Source: Paecilomyces variotii (taxonomy: Eukaryota). From it: a DNA stretch of 64,000 nt. The notes under the pieces are model-generated. The model saw nothing but the letters and a program-made list of their open reading frames with translations. It ran no database searches and was not told the DNA's origin. The position numbers and the translations under genes are program-made. This document shows, piece by piece, positions 35,788 through 48,899 of the stretch (positions are counted from its first letter, which is position 1; the number at the start of each line of letters is the position of its first letter). The stretch lies in assembly GCA_004022145.1 (NCBI GenBank), contig RCNU01000002.1; one strand, given 5' to 3'.

Positions 35788-37006
35788 CTATCCTTCTACC
35801 TGGTTTCTTGTATTTTCCTCTGCCTTTCTGGATTCTTTTCCTTCTTTTCGGTTCCCTTTCGCCCCTCTAGTATCGACCCTCTTCCCCTTCGGATGTGGTT
35901 TCCCAGTCAACTCGGACGGCAACTCCTGGACGACCTTCCCGTTCTCAAAGAGAATCCCCAGGCCTGCCTTTCGTTCAACAACCACATCGAAGAACTCAAG
36001 CGGGACAACCTTCTGCTTGGTATCTTTTCCATTGCTCGCTTCGCCCGTATCCATACCCTCACTGAGAATGACGCCATTCTCACTCCGCCAAAACGGACAC
36101 CCAGCCTCCAGCGCTTTTTTCAGATTAATGTATATCAGCACCTGCGCGTCTCTGCGCATTCCCGATATCACATGTCCGTTCTGGAGATCCTTCCTGCTAT
36201 CCAGCAATTTTACTTGTCCACCTTGACCTTCTGGCATGATGGATTCAAGCGACGGCCCTGTCGCGAAGTGGACATGGTTCCGACTCATACATCGCAGTCC
36301 CCCGGAAGCCAGGATTGCCGGCCATGCGGCGTGATATGTACCATGCACGACTGTATCTGGAAGGGCCTTTGCAGTTTCTGGGGCATCGTCGGACAGAGAT
36401 AGTCTTTCTAGGAATGAAGCCGCATCTACTGTCTTGATACTGTGTCCCTGAGTAGCGCGTATTAGGAAATGCGATGGATCTGAATCATCGACGGACAGCG
36501 CATGGGCCGTCGAGCTCTGCTGCTCCTGACTCGTAGAAGGCGCGGACCCAAGAATCGTCGAGGAATCGTCCTCCGCGGGTGTAGGCCCCTCGTGTGTTCC
36601 GTCTGCGACGGTAGATTTTGTAGGTTCTGCGGTGGCTTCTTCTTTCGATGTGTCGGCCGAAGCGGAGGGGATGTGTAATAGCGCAAAGCGCTTTTTATCT
36701 GACGAGTCGACAGCGTGCAAGATCTCAGGAAAGGTGACTTTGAGAGACTTGATCTTCTTCCAGGCTAGCTGTTTAGATAATAGCAATCAAATAGCCCGTC
36801 AGCATCTACCTTCGTTAAAACGGCAAACAGTGGCCAGAGGGTGGTTTAAGGCCAAGTGTACATACCACGTCCGCCACATTAGCGTAGCCTTGAGAATTCA
36901 TCTTTAGCCCTTCCCTTTCCGCCGCATGTCGTAGGAGATAGCTTAAAGCTTTTGAGACTGCTACATCTCGCGACGGCTCACGTCTGTCTTTGCGCGGTCG
37001 AGACAT
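35788..37006 (-). CDS. TPT1: tRNA 2'-phosphotransferase Tpt1/KptA
   Basis: VSKALSYLLRHAA, DKKRF, IRATQGHS, VHGTY, MSRNHVHF and SENGVILS motifs; intron at 36865-36769. Confidence 0.95.
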
Positions 37007-38133
37007 GGTGGGCCGGTGATGGAGTGCAGTGCAGTGATGAAGGGAACGTATCCGCAATAGTCCCCGGCTGCTCAGAGCCGTAGCTGCTTTTCAAGGTTCG
37101 ATATGCTCTATCTGTGTGATGGAGTGATCAGTTTTGATACAGGTAGTACTGTAGCGTGACCGGGAAAGAAAAAGAAGTAAGCGGTACCTGAGTCAGGAAT
37201 GGCCCTCGTAGCTATACAATATAGAGCCACCGGCTAGTGATGTACTCTCGAGTTAGAATGCCTAGAGTAACATCTAACTGGATTCGTGAGCAAAGCAAAC
37301 GCGTCTTTCTGCAGAATTTCCGCGTATGCGGGGTTTCGTAGAGCTTTCTCAGATTAGAGTAGATCAATTGTGGGGGCGCGGCGGATGTTCCGCTTGACAT
37401 CATCGCTTCTTTTCCGCAGTCGTGCTGGTTACTGGATGTAGAAATTTAGAGAGAGATATCAGACATTCAAGCCTGCAATTTGTTGCAGTAGGTTATCATA
37501 TTTTGTTGGCAATATAGCTGCTACGATCTCGGAGCAGCAGTCGACGACCTTGCGTTATTACTGTTATCCTAGTCCCATGGTTCCCACGATTGATATGGAT
37601 GTGCAATATTTGTAGGCCTGTATAACTAAGCGACTGGTACACTTGAAATCTTCTATATAATACAATAAGTCCCCAATCCATCCTGGTGGAGGCGCTATTT
37701 ACTCGCTCTTGGCCCTCGCACGCTCCGTCGCTCGAAATCTTCGCTTCGGGCAGAGCCAAATCCTCGCCTCCAAGAGGACGCCATTGAAAGGGTGAAGGAC
37801 GAGGGACGCAATCAAAATGCACAAATGGCGCAGAAGAGCAATCAGTATGAGGAAGTGTGAGATAGTAACACACGGAAAAGTCTATCCTGCTGAAAATGTA
37901 ATAATGCTTTGACTCAGGCATGATGGAGCTCATAGTGCCCAGGAATTCCATAGTCTCAAAGTTATGTTGTCCAACTGTAACAAACAGTCATGCGTCGGTG
38001 TTCTCATGCCTCCAGTCACGTCTCCAGTGTTCAGTACCGGATATTAGACAGTCGAGCGAGGATACACCACTGTTCAGTCCATGCAGAATTTTCTCCGCGT
38101 TGACTTCAATCTCGGAGTCCTTCTACCAAGAGA

Positions 38134-41100
38134 TCATCGGTCACAAATACAGTTGCATTCTGCAACAGGACAGATCTTATGCCGAGAGAACCAATCTCTG
38201 GCATGATGAGCATGGAAACCATGGTTACAGTTGATACAGAAGACAACGAATCTCCGCATAATGTCTTCTTCCGTACGCTTTTGGTCGCCTTGAGCAGCAT
38301 CCGCAACGATGCAGGCTCTTGTCATTGGGTCAGGAGAACCCAACCACAATGTACAGACACCACAGCGCGGCATGTGGCGTCCACACCTAGGGCAAATTGT
38401 GCCAGAAAGAGAGCTCGAACCAAGCGGATTTCCAGCAGTGGGGTGCACGACCTCCCCGCCGGACTTGGACGGAGTGGATTGTGCCAGTGGCCGCGTGCAG
38501 TAGTTACAGGTCAAGCTGACCTGTTGCTTTGGCGGCGAGACCAGCCTGCGGCCATCCCAGGTCACAGCGAACTTGCGGGAACCGACATCGAACCTTGCCC
38601 GTTCGAGCTGCAACTTCCAAGAATTCATTTGCCAACGATAGGTCTCGCGCCATGCATTGAAGCGAGCCACCACTGCCTCGTCATCGATGAAACGCGGAAC
38701 TGTGTGACTCATGGCAAGAACCGAGGTCTGCACATCGTTGAACTTATTGATGTAGGATTGGAACAAGTCCATCGCAGAGTTTGTAAGCCCAGTGAGTACA
38801 ATTCCCTCTATATCACCTTGTTGAATAGCTTCCGCCGTAGCATCCCTCAAGTATAGAGTGAGATCATCATCCGGGAGCCACCGCAGAGCAACCTCGACGC
38901 GATACCTCAGAGGCAGAGTCGTCTCCTGAATCACAGAATTCCAATCACCTTTGCTGACCAATGCCAGGATAGCTCGAGCATAGGGATCAGTTAGTTCTTT
39001 CGCAATCTCTGCACAGGTCTCTTCCCAATCTGAGTCAGCTTCTCCTTTCGCGGCACCAGCAATAGCCATTGCTAGCAGCTTGTGAGCTTGTGTCGGCTGG
39101 TTGTTGCGCAGTGCCAAATAAGCAAGTTTGGCTTCGTCCTGGAAAACTGCCAGAGCGGCTGCTTTTGTATGCTGCTTTTCAGAGACAAGTTGCTTCACAG
39201 TATCTTCGAGGCCATTTTCAGATTCTGCGGCGCCGCAGATATGAAGGCATAATTGCCGATGTTCTAGAAATTCTGACGTACAACCTTTTATTTCGGGAAG
39301 CTGCAGTTGATGAGCAAGTTCTCTGATCGTTTCACTGATATCGATTTCTTCGCTTGTGACTGGACTGACTTTTCGGCTGTTGAGACTTGTCCCTGGAAGT
39401 TCGTCAGCACAAGCAGGATACTTCGATAGCCAGAGACGTACCAAGATCATTGTTCCAGATACTATACACTCCGAGATAATTCATATCAATGCCGTTGATG
39501 ATCATTGAATCTCCAGATGAGTGTCCTCGGGAACCTTGTTACATCAGCATGTGCATAGAAAATCCTTGTATGCGAGGACTTACACTCTATCCAATCCCAT
39601 AAGTCCTGGAGATGAATGTCATCGGCCAGTATCTCCTTGTTCTTGGCGCCGTCGAAAAGATAGCCTTCTTTACAACGGAAGCGACTGACAGTCATCAACG
39701 TCAAAGCATCTCCCACCTCGAGTGGAGTACCTAGTACTCCTAGAGATAATGAATGCTCTCTGTTTTCACGGCTCGAGAGAGGCTGAACACCATCCCTCTG
39801 GGACAGACCATCTATGGCCCCGTTTGACGCTGGCTGTTCCCCCGACCCTGGCAGCGTACGATGTCGTATGCTGCTGACCACGTCCGATATTTTCCTGTCG
39901 GCTCCAGAATAAGGATAAACCACCTCAAAGTCGGCATTTCCAGATGAACCACCACGGACCAGCACTCCCTGAGAGGAGAGACGGACCGGTGGGCATGGGG
40001 GTTGAAGAGTGGCAATTTCCACGTTCCCATTGCCGGCTAAGGTGATGGCGCTCGGTTGGTTTGAAGAGCTGATATTGAGGAAGTCGAAAGAAACTACCCG
40101 TTCGGATTCACTGCAGCCACGAGTCGGATGGGTGTAAGGGCTGCGAATATCACGTACGTGTTTGGTATAGATCGGTTCCAGGTAGTCCCTGGAAGAGCCT
40201 TGACCGAGTGTTTGATCAAGGTTGGCGCTTTGGCCTTCGGACATGTATTCTTTAGCGATATCATATGCTTTAAAATGGCCTTTATTGGAGAGGACACCTA
40301 AACAGCCCCTCTTCGTTCGGGAAAAGCGCATACTCCAGATCGTACTGTCCCGATCCAGAACGTTTTTGAAATCCAAGGCGGGCCCCAGCTGACTTTGCTC
40401 CGCGGCGCCTGGCGCAGATGGAACAGAGACGAAGCGTGATCCTGCACGACGATCCCAGACACAGATCGTGGGTTCATTTGACGTATAGCAGGAAGCTATG
40501 TAGTTTTCATCTAGCCAATCAATGGCCAGATTATGCACACAACGCGTTGGAAACTGAAGTGACGGGTTTCCAATTCCCTCTGTATTATGGTCAGTAATAA
40601 CCAAGGAACTCGAGGGCAACTATCTCTGCTTGCCTCGTAAATCGTAGATCCTGACAAATTGCCCCTTGACGCCGGTTACCAGGGTATCAGGCTGGTCCCG
40701 AAAGAACTTGATACTAGTGATCGGCTCTGAGCTCGCAAGCTTCCGCAGCGGCTCTGCAACCTGTCTGTTGACTCCCGTCCCTCTGGAGTTCACGGCAGAC
40801 AGTCGTTGATTAACGTCCCAGATATTGAGACAGAAGTCATTGCGGACTTTATCCAGCCCTGCAGCTAGCAGACCATGTGTACTGAATGCAACCGCATTAC
40901 AGTACCGTTGATTTCGGATAGGAAAAGACAGCGACTCTTGAGAATCACCAACCATTCGCAGAATGGTAGCTTCTCCAGAAGACTGGCCCACGGCAATGAG
41001 GGACTCATCTGCGGGGGACCAGTCGAAAGCGCGGAAGGCAGGCACTTTCGAATGGGTTGACAGCACTTCATAATCCAGGTCTCGGCCATTAAATTCGGTG

Positions 41101-41198
41101 ACTCTGCATAGTCTGAACGACTTCCCTGCGACATCCACGTACAGGAAGCGCTGCTCGGCCGTGGTGGACCACGGTGACCAGCGAATCGCTGTCTCCAT
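38134..41198 (-). CDS. SEA4: SEA/GATOR2 complex subunit Sea4/MIO (WD40 plus C-terminal zinc finger/RING)
   Basis: N-terminal WD40 (AVGQSSGE, GLDKVRNDFCLNIWD), GDIEGIVLTG, DVQT, and C-terminal CPRCGRHMPRCGVC...CINCNHGFHAHHARDWFSRHKICPVAECNCIC; multi-exon. Confidence 0.93.
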
Positions 41199-41682
41199 GT
41201 CTGCGTGCCGTGGTCACCAGTTGTTGGCAGTCTGAGTATAGAGATTAACCTAGCCGCCGGATCCAGCTCCCATCTTTCCACGCGACCAGGGAGCGAAGCT
41301 CGACGTCGTCGTCTGAAGCGCGGGACGATCCCTAGATCAACGCATCTGATATGAGCTGGATCTGTTTCGCTCGTCCAGCTAGCTCACGATTGGTCCGTTG
41401 GCGCTTTTGCTGGTCCTCAATTGGTGGTCGGGCCGAGAGATGATCCGGATCCCGATTGGGGTGATAATAAAATAATATCGTCCTTATCCGAAACATTTAA
41501 TTTTCGACTGTTAAATAATGGCACGGTGACAGACACAGTTTCAACACGGGGATTGCAGTCGCGCTTCTCTGGTGGATAACCCATACTCCTCGCTCTATCA
41601 GGGCCACTTCACAAATTCCGCATCTACAGATATCGCGGCTTCATCCATCGATATTCGCACTTTTGCAGGATCTGTAAATCTC

Positions 41683-42676
41683 ATGGCGTCTAAGCGTAAA
41701 GATCGCGAACTGTCTGAAGATGCTCCTCCGGCAAAGAAATCGCACCTGAGCAAGAGCCATGGTGTCTCGAAGAAGGGTGCCCCAACTCCCAGAAAGGACC
41801 GTGTTGTCCTTTCTGTCAATGAGCTGAAGAGGAGGATTCGCGATGTCAAGCGCCTCCTCGATAGAGTCGACCTCCCCCCGGAAGGAAGAATCACACAGGA
41901 GAGAGCCCTGATCGGATACCAGAGGGACCTGGAGTCGGAGATGGCGAAGCGCAAACGATCTGAAATGATCAAAAAATATCATTTTGTCAGGTTCCTGGGT
42001 ATGACCCCATATGGTTTCCAAGACACTACTGTGAACTTTTCGACTGACCATGGCCTTCAAACAATTAGAAAGAAAAACTGCTACCAAGGAACTCAAGAAG
42101 CTCCAGCGACGCGAACGCGAGATCTCGGAATCTGACTCCCCGACCAAGAAGGAAGATCTGAAACTGCTCGCCTCACGGATCCACACCGCACGGGTCAACT
42201 TAAATTACACCATCTACTCTCCACTTACGGAGAAGTATATCTCCCTCTACCCCGACAAGAAAAAGAAGAACAAGGATCGTGACTCTGGGAATGATGCGAA
42301 TTCCGACTCCGACTCCCAGAAAGGCGACAAGAGATCAAGGTCCGAGTCGCAACAGCCTCAGGAGTATACTATCCAGACGAACGACTCGGGAGAAAAGCCT
42401 CCACTGTGGTACGTAGTGGAGAAGTGCATGGCAGACGGAACGCTCGATCTGCTCCGCGAAGGGAAGTTGAACATTGGTGCCGATGGGAAAGAGAGTACTA
42501 CCGTCACCGAGCTGGCAAGTGCAAACCGGTCTGTTCCAACTCAAAAACCAAGTAAGGAGGAGAAACAGAAGAAGGAGAAGTCAAAGACAGAGAAGATTAG
42601 GGCGGACTCCAGGAAAACATCTCAGCGCGGCGGAGAGAGCGATGAGGACAGTGATGGTGGTTTCTTCGAGGAATAA
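41683..42676 (+). CDS. EFG1: rRNA-processing protein Efg1
   Basis: LKRRIRDVKRLL, MIKKYHFVRFL|ERKTATKELK and VNLNYTIYSPLTEKYISLYP; intron at 41999-42068; C-terminal SDGGFFE. Confidence 0.92.
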
Positions 42677-43624
42677 GCGTCAGCTTTCACATGGATTCTT
42701 ATATAGAGCCATTGAATGGCCCAGCTTGCTCCCTCGCGGGCAGTTCGACAGCCATAATCCGTACCGCTTGTCTTGACAAGCGATGAACATACATACATAC
42801 ATACGACATAGCGACCACAATCACATGATACCCGACTACATCATTATAGAACTATTGCAGTGGACAGTCTCTCAGCGCTGCAGGCTGGTTTTGATGAGTG
42901 TTGCGTTCCAAAACAAGAGAAGCTTTGATCATATCTTCGCATGGGATAACTAATTTCAGCCTGTCTCATCGTATTTTCTTACTCTATCTTGGACGCCTAC
43001 TATAGCCGTCCCCGTGTGGACATACTTAGCTGTCCCAGTCGTCAAGTAGTTATCAGACGTTCCCCACCTAATATTCACATCTTCATCCACTGTATCCCTA
43101 AAGGACAATGTATAGAATCTAATCACATCATACTTCAGTCCGAGCCTCCATGCCTATCATTTCTTCAAGAAAGGAAGAGACCAATATGCAATTTTCGGAT
43201 AAGTATTACAGCGGGGAAACCCGCCCTATCAATTCTCCCCGCCGGCAAAAACAGGCATGCGCGAACTAAATAGATAAACTATTGTTGGTACCTATCTATC
43301 CATCTCCAAAGCCAATTAAAGTGCAAGTACGTCTCGTTCCTGATGTAACGTCGATACTACCCTGAAGCACTTTTTTGATGTTCCTTCGTCTTTGTGACTA
43401 GAGTTGAAGTCTCTGGATAAAGTTATTCGGTAATAAACACTCCATTGTCAGGAACCTAACGGCTAAACTGGTATATCTATATGCATCCTCTTCGATCGAG
43501 AAAAATTAGAACTTGGAAGATACAAGTATACATCTGCGTCCATGCAAGATACAATTTAAAATTCAATTACTCGGAGATAAAACCATTGTATATCTAAAAT
43601 CACTCTTCTGACCTGAGCTAAACA

Positions 43625-45658
43625 ATGAGAATCTCTCTATACACCTCTATCTTCTTCTTCTCCTCCTTCCTCCCTCCCGAACACTTCTGCACCGCAATCT
43701 CCAACCTCGCACCCCAATCCTCAGCATCCCCACACTTCAACTACACTCTCAACACATTCTATCTCAATGGCCAACCCTTCCAAATCATCGGCGGTCAAAT
43801 GGACCCCCAACGCATCCCTCACCAATACTGGCGTCAACGCCTCAACAAAGCCCGCTCCATGGGCCTAAACACCATCTTCTCATACGTATATTGGAACCTC
43901 CTCGAACCCCATCCAGGCGAATGGGACATATCCGGAAATAACAATATCGCACAATACTTCCAAATCGCACAAGAAGAAGGCCTCCACGTGGTTTTAAGAC
44001 CGGGACCTTATATATGCGGAGAGAGAGAATGGGGCGGATTCCCAGCGTGGTTGAGCATAATCCCAGGACTGGATGTGCGCACGAACCAGACGCTTTTTAT
44101 GAACTATGCGAAACGGTATTTGGAACGATTGCTCGTAGACCTGAGACCATTACAGGCTACGAGAGGGGGCCCAATTCTCATGGTCCAGGTGGAGAATGAG
44201 TATGGGAGTTATGGGGATAATCATAACTATACGGCTTCGATGCGGGATATTCTGCGACGGAATTTGGATCATGGGACGATATTGTATACGAATGATGGAG
44301 GCGTCCAGTTGGATCTGGAGGGAGGGAATGTTCCGGACGTTTTGGCTGAGATTGATGGAGATCCGGCCTCTGGGTTCGAAGCGAGAGATACTTATATCTC
44401 TGATCAATCGGAATTAGGCCCTCTTCTAGATGGAGAATACTACACCCTCGCGCCGGATCAATGGGGTTCGAACGCGACGCGTAACGATCCGGAGGAGGGA
44501 GATCAGAATACCATTGAGGGATTCGTGAAAGATCTAGATTTCATCCTGGGCGGGAATAATTCCATCAGTCTATACATGTTCCATGGCGGGACGAATTTTG
44601 GATTCGGAAATGGCGCCGTCTGGAGATCGGAGAACTACCTAGCTGCTTTCACGACGAGTTATGATTACGGCGCTCCTCTGGATGAGAGCGGACGGACGAC
44701 GCCTCTGTATTATACCCTGCGGGAGGTGATTCAGAAGTATTCACCGAACGGAAGTATTCCAGACGTCGTGGCTGACGTGCCTCGATCGTCCATAGCGGAT
44801 TTCGCACTCCATCCCGTCGGAGACCTGTTTGATTCCCTTCCTGAACCTACTCATGTAACAAAACCTATTACAATGGAATTCCTAAACCAAGCATACGGCT
44901 TCATTCTCTACGAGACCATATCCACGCGATCCTATTCCGGTCTCCTCAAACCAGGCGATCGACCACGAGACCGTGTCCTGGTCTATATCAACGGGCAAAA
45001 ACAAGGCGTTATTGATTCCATCTACGAGACGCCTCCGAAGATCAACATCTCACTATCCAAGGGAGACAAGTTACAGCTCCTGGTCGAGAATCTGGGTCGG
45101 GTCGATTACTGGTCTCGGGAATCCGGGACGGAGAATGCACTTCTTCAACCGCATAAGGGAATCGTTGGAGACGTTTTTGTGGGAGGTGAAGTGCTCGAAG
45201 AATGGGATGTATATTCCCTTCCACTGGATTCGCCTCCAAATACTACTAAGCTGTTGAAGAAGAAGAGGGATAATAATGTCCAGAAAGGCGAGTATAATAA
45301 CAGCACCGTGCTGTCCAAAACGCCCGTTTTCTACTCGGGCAAATTCCTCACTTCTAGCAGTAAGAATAGCAGCAACATCGCAAACGCAGAACTGGCTGCA
45401 ATGGAATTGGATACATTCCTATCCATCCCGAACGGAACTAAAGGCGTCGTGTGGATCAATGGCTTCAATCTCGGCCGATACTGGATTATCGGACCACAGC
45501 AATCCCTTTATTTACCGGGGGTGCTGCTGAATAAAGATAAGGATGGGTGGAATGAGGTTTTCGTTTTGGAGCTGGAGCCTGAAGATGGCAAGGTTATGGT
45601 TGGGCGCGGTTTGGCGGAGAGGGTATGGGCGAATTTCCCGGATCCAGACGCGCCTTGA
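43625..45658 (+). CDS. Secreted GH35 beta-galactosidase-family glycoside hydrolase
   Basis: 677-aa intronless ORF with a hydrophobic N-terminus; LRPGPYICGEREWGGFPAWL, QVENEYG (acid/base), GEYY (nucleophile), YMFHGGTNFG, TSYDYGAPLDESG and NLGRYW..GPQQSLY. Confidence 0.95.
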   Translation: MRISLYTSIFFFSSFLPPEHFCTAISNLAPQSSASPHFNYTLNTFYLNGQPFQIIGGQMDPQRIPHQYWRQRLNKARSMGLNTIFSYVYWNLLEPHPGEWDISGNNNIAQYFQIAQEEGLHVVLRPGPYICGEREWGGFPAWLSIIPGLDVRTNQTLFMNYAKRYLERLLVDLRPLQATRGGPILMVQVENEYGSYGDNHNYTASMRDILRRNLDHGTILYTNDGGVQLDLEGGNVPDVLAEIDGDPASGFEARDTYISDQSELGPLLDGEYYTLAPDQWGSNATRNDPEEGDQNTIEGFVKDLDFILGGNNSISLYMFHGGTNFGFGNGAVWRSENYLAAFTTSYDYGAPLDESGRTTPLYYTLREVIQKYSPNGSIPDVVADVPRSSIADFALHPVGDLFDSLPEPTHVTKPITMEFLNQAYGFILYETISTRSYSGLLKPGDRPRDRVLVYINGQKQGVIDSIYETPPKINISLSKGDKLQLLVENLGRVDYWSRESGTENALLQPHKGIVGDVFVGGEVLEEWDVYSLPLDSPPNTTKLLKKKRDNNVQKGEYNNSTVLSKTPVFYSGKFLTSSSKNSSNIANAELAAMELDTFLSIPNGTKGVVWINGFNLGRYWIIGPQQSLYLPGVLLNKDKDGWNEVFVLELEPEDGKVMVGRGLAERVWANFPDPDAP

Positions 45659-46673
45659 TCCAAGAGAGTAAGTAAGGGGGAAGGGACTGAAATACAGAAG
45701 CAGGGTATAAATCTATGTGAAGTTGACGGGGAGAGTGCTGTATATATCCCAGGGGCTCGCCTAATGATATATTCTTTTCTGTTTGTTACTTCACGCAGAA
45801 TAGAAATTTAGTGGTGTAGTGTTGGGTTTTATCTAACTTCGTCGTCCTGGAGCAATACAGCTGTATGTGTTCATCCATACGCTCCTATCCAGTCGGACTC
45901 CCTATGGAAAAGGATCGGTAGATGGAATGCTATATCAAGACTGAAACGAGACCATATATTTGGTCCCAAGCCTAATGACCTAGAGATCAATTGACAGACT
46001 CCTAGACGTGATAACTCCGTCCTATATCTAAGTAAAAACGAAAAATGATAGACAAGAAATATGTAATGCTCCAAAAAGCAGACCTGTCTTTGTTGAAGCC
46101 GAGAACTCCCTGCTCCGCCATGATCTGCCCATGGAGGGCGATAAGATGAAGATGAAAGGCCCTTGTCCATACTTAAAACGAAAGTCCAGCTCTGATAGTC
46201 GCCCCCACAAAGGAAAGTGGCAACAACGAGGGCGCATTCTATCTATAACACCTGAAAACATGGAATGCCATGGTTTCCGCGTTTGAAGATCCTTCACTCA
46301 TTGCAGCATTGTCTATTACGACATGCGTCGACTTTGAGATCAGTTTCGGATCGGTTATATCATATGATGGCGTCACGCTGTTGAAGTATGCAAGTTGCGA
46401 AGGTCGCTGTTCTTCTCAATCCTCTCGCGCCCATTTTTTTGTTTCAACCAATAATGCTCCAGGAAATAGCGCACGTAACGCCATGCAGAAACCACAACGA
46501 GAAAATGAGAGCGTCGCTGAAGGAACAAAGAGAAGAAGTATAAGATACCGAGAGAAGGATGAAACAGTTGAAGGACAGCAATATAGTGAGGGGAAGAGAA
46601 CGTGTTAAAACCGGGTCAAGACCCGTAGTCGTAGGTCATCGAGAGAAATATCTTAGCGGAATCTGCACTCTTC

Positions 46674-48899
46674 TCACATAACAATGCAGCCGCCGCTCCG
46701 TGCCCTCCTTCTAGCTCCACCGACAATGGGCCCGAAGCCTCCAATACCAAGAGCCTCTCCGTCCCCTTCGTCGGCATTATATATTCTTTCGACTTCACGA
46801 GCGCGACGGCGCCGTCTCCTGGCACCGGCACCACCAGCACCAGCTTCCTCCGTGACCATCATGTAATCAGCCCACTTGCGGTCCAACCGGCTGGCAGAGA
46901 CGAGATCTCCCCGCAGGACCCGCTTGGTATGCTCATCAACCGTCATCTGCCAGCCATAGAAGCATTTGAGCTGGATGATCTCGTTGGGGTAGGTCTTGGG
47001 CATCTGAAGGGCGGGCGCCGTGGAGAGAGTGGTGTAGGTCCCTGACGCGTTGGGGTTCGTCGTCTCCGTCACAGTAATCACCGCCGTCGCAAGGTTCTTG
47101 CGAGAACGAGGAATGTAGCAATTGCTGGAAAGCACCTCTCTCACGCCAGCCCAGGTAACATTGGCGCAGTCGAATACCACCAGTCGCAGGCCCACTTTTG
47201 GCGGCTTGTCACCGTAGCCGCGTCGGCGTACTCGAGAGCTAGCTTCCATAAGGGAGAGGTCCGAAATCCGAGTGTTATCCATCTCAATTGATCGGATATT
47301 TGGACAGCTCTTGAGAATTTGAAGCATTCCCTGGTCACCCAGGCTCTCGCAGTAACTGACGTTGAGATGCTCAAAGCGTTCAGCACAAGGCGACCTGGCG
47401 ATCTCCAGTAAGGCATGGTTCGAGAGCTTATCCAGGTCTTCAAGATCGAGATGGGTCAACCGGGGAGTGGTGCGGACGATGTCGATAACCGAGTCGTCAC
47501 TTAGCTCATAGCACTGGGAGAGCTGGAGACCTTCAAGGTCCGGAACGTTGTGCGCGAGAGCTCTGACGCCGGCGTCAGTTAACCCGGTGCAGTGATGGAG
47601 GTCGAGATGTTTTAGTTTTCGCGGCGGGACAATAGGTCTGCCGGTCAGGAGGTCGATTTCCGGATCGACACCCTGGACCAGAACCTTGAGACTATCGTCA
47701 GTCACATCCGTCCGGTGCATGACGAGCCTCTCCAGATTGTTAGTCGCGAAGAGTCGTAGCATAAATTCCTCGTCATCGAAACCAAGGATTTCACCCGCAC
47801 GAAGGTCCTTTAACCGTGTACATGACTCCACGACCTTCTTGAGACCTTTCGTATTGACATTAGTACACCATGACACGTTCAGCGTCTCGAGATAGGGACA
47901 CGCCTGAGCGATAATCCTCATAGCTGAATTGCCGACTGCTGGAAGGCCAGAAAGGTTCACATGTTCGAGTCGGTTGTTACGCAGGAGGAAACAATGGACA
48001 GATGTCTTGTCAATGCGACAACCCTCTAGGGAGAATTTGACCAAGTTCCGGCATGCAGCAGATATTGTCTCTCCGTCAGTAGCCCACTTGTCTCGCAGTT
48101 GAATACATCCTCTAAGGTTCAAGTCCCTAATGAACGGCCCACCTGAAGTGAGGATCTTCACGAGAGAATCGCTGGGGATGCGGCTGTAGTATTCAGAGGC
48201 ATCAACGCTGGTCCACAGCTGGCCATCAAAACACATCTCATGCCACGACTTGGAGACGGTGGAGCATCGGACGATCTCCTGCGGTGTAAGATATTGGAAG
48301 ATCTTCATCTTCAGTTCATCTGGCATTTCCTTCCAGAAGTCGAATTGCTGTTCTTCATGTTCTTCAACGGGCTGCACGACAGGCTGCACCGTGGTCTCTT
48401 CTTCAACCTGTGCAGCCCCTTTCTTTGCGTTGTCATTCTCAACCTGCGCTCCTCGAGAGGCAGGTCGCACGTCTGCTGGTAGACGGACGGTCATGGACTG
48501 AGAGACATTGGGAGACGAGCCTGGTCCTACCAGACGAATGCGGGCGCTGCCCTCTGGAGACGTCGCACGCTGGTCATTGGAAGCGGTGGGCCGGACGTTT
48601 AGCCCGGGATAGAGCTGGGAAGAGCTGCCATTGCCCAGACATGCCGTATAGGATGAAGATCCCAGCGAGATACATGACATGGAAGCTTTCCCACCACGCT
48701 GGTAACCAGTCGAGGCAGACCGCGTGCGTGGAGCCAATGAGGGACTGGAGGACATGCGCTGCAAGCTCTGCAAGAGTCTCTTGCGGCCCTTCAGCTTCGG
48801 GGGTTGCTCCAGTGGGATCTCGCCCGCCGAGGATGTTGGGCTTGCTGGGGACACCAGCCCCGGGCTCTGCACAATGTCGTCCGGAACCCCCGAAGCCAT
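46674..48899 (-). CDS. F-box/leucine-rich-repeat protein (FBXL2/FBXL20-like) with a C-terminal CaaX box
   Basis: F-box MPDELKMKIFQYLTPQEIVRCSTVSKSWHEMCFDGQLW, Cys-containing LRRs (LNLRGC, LNVSWC, LDLHHC, LQLSQC) and a CIVM-stop terminus. Start placed at MASGVP (uncertain). Confidence 0.9.
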   Translation of the reverse strand: MASGVPDDIVQSPGLVSPASPTSSAGEIPLEQPPKLKGRKRLLQSLQRMSSSPSLAPRTRSASTGYQRGGKASMSCISLGSSSYTACLGNGSSSQLYPGLNVRPTASNDQRATSPEGSARIRLVGPGSSPNVSQSMTVRLPADVRPASRGAQVENDNAKKGAAQVEEETTVQPVVQPVEEHEEQQFDFWKEMPDELKMKIFQYLTPQEIVRCSTVSKSWHEMCFDGQLWTSVDASEYYSRIPSDSLVKILTSGGPFIRDLNLRGCIQLRDKWATDGETISAACRNLVKFSLEGCRIDKTSVHCFLLRNNRLEHVNLSGLPAVGNSAMRIIAQACPYLETLNVSWCTNVNTKGLKKVVESCTRLKDLRAGEILGFDDEEFMLRLFATNNLERLVMHRTDVTDDSLKVLVQGVDPEIDLLTGRPIVPPRKLKHLDLHHCTGLTDAGVRALAHNVPDLEGLQLSQCYELSDDSVIDIVRTTPRLTHLDLEDLDKLSNHALLEIARSPCAERFEHLNVSYCESLGDQGMLQILKSCPNIRSIEMDNTRISDLSLMEASSRVRRRGYGDKPPKVGLRLVVFDCANVTWAGVREVLSSNCYIPRSRKNLATAVITVTETTNPNASGTYTTLSTAPALQMPKTYPNEIIQLKCFYGWQMTVDEHTKRVLRGDLVSASRLDRKWADYMMVTEEAGAGGAGARRRRRRAREVERIYNADEGDGEALGIGGFGPIVGGARRRARSGGCIVM

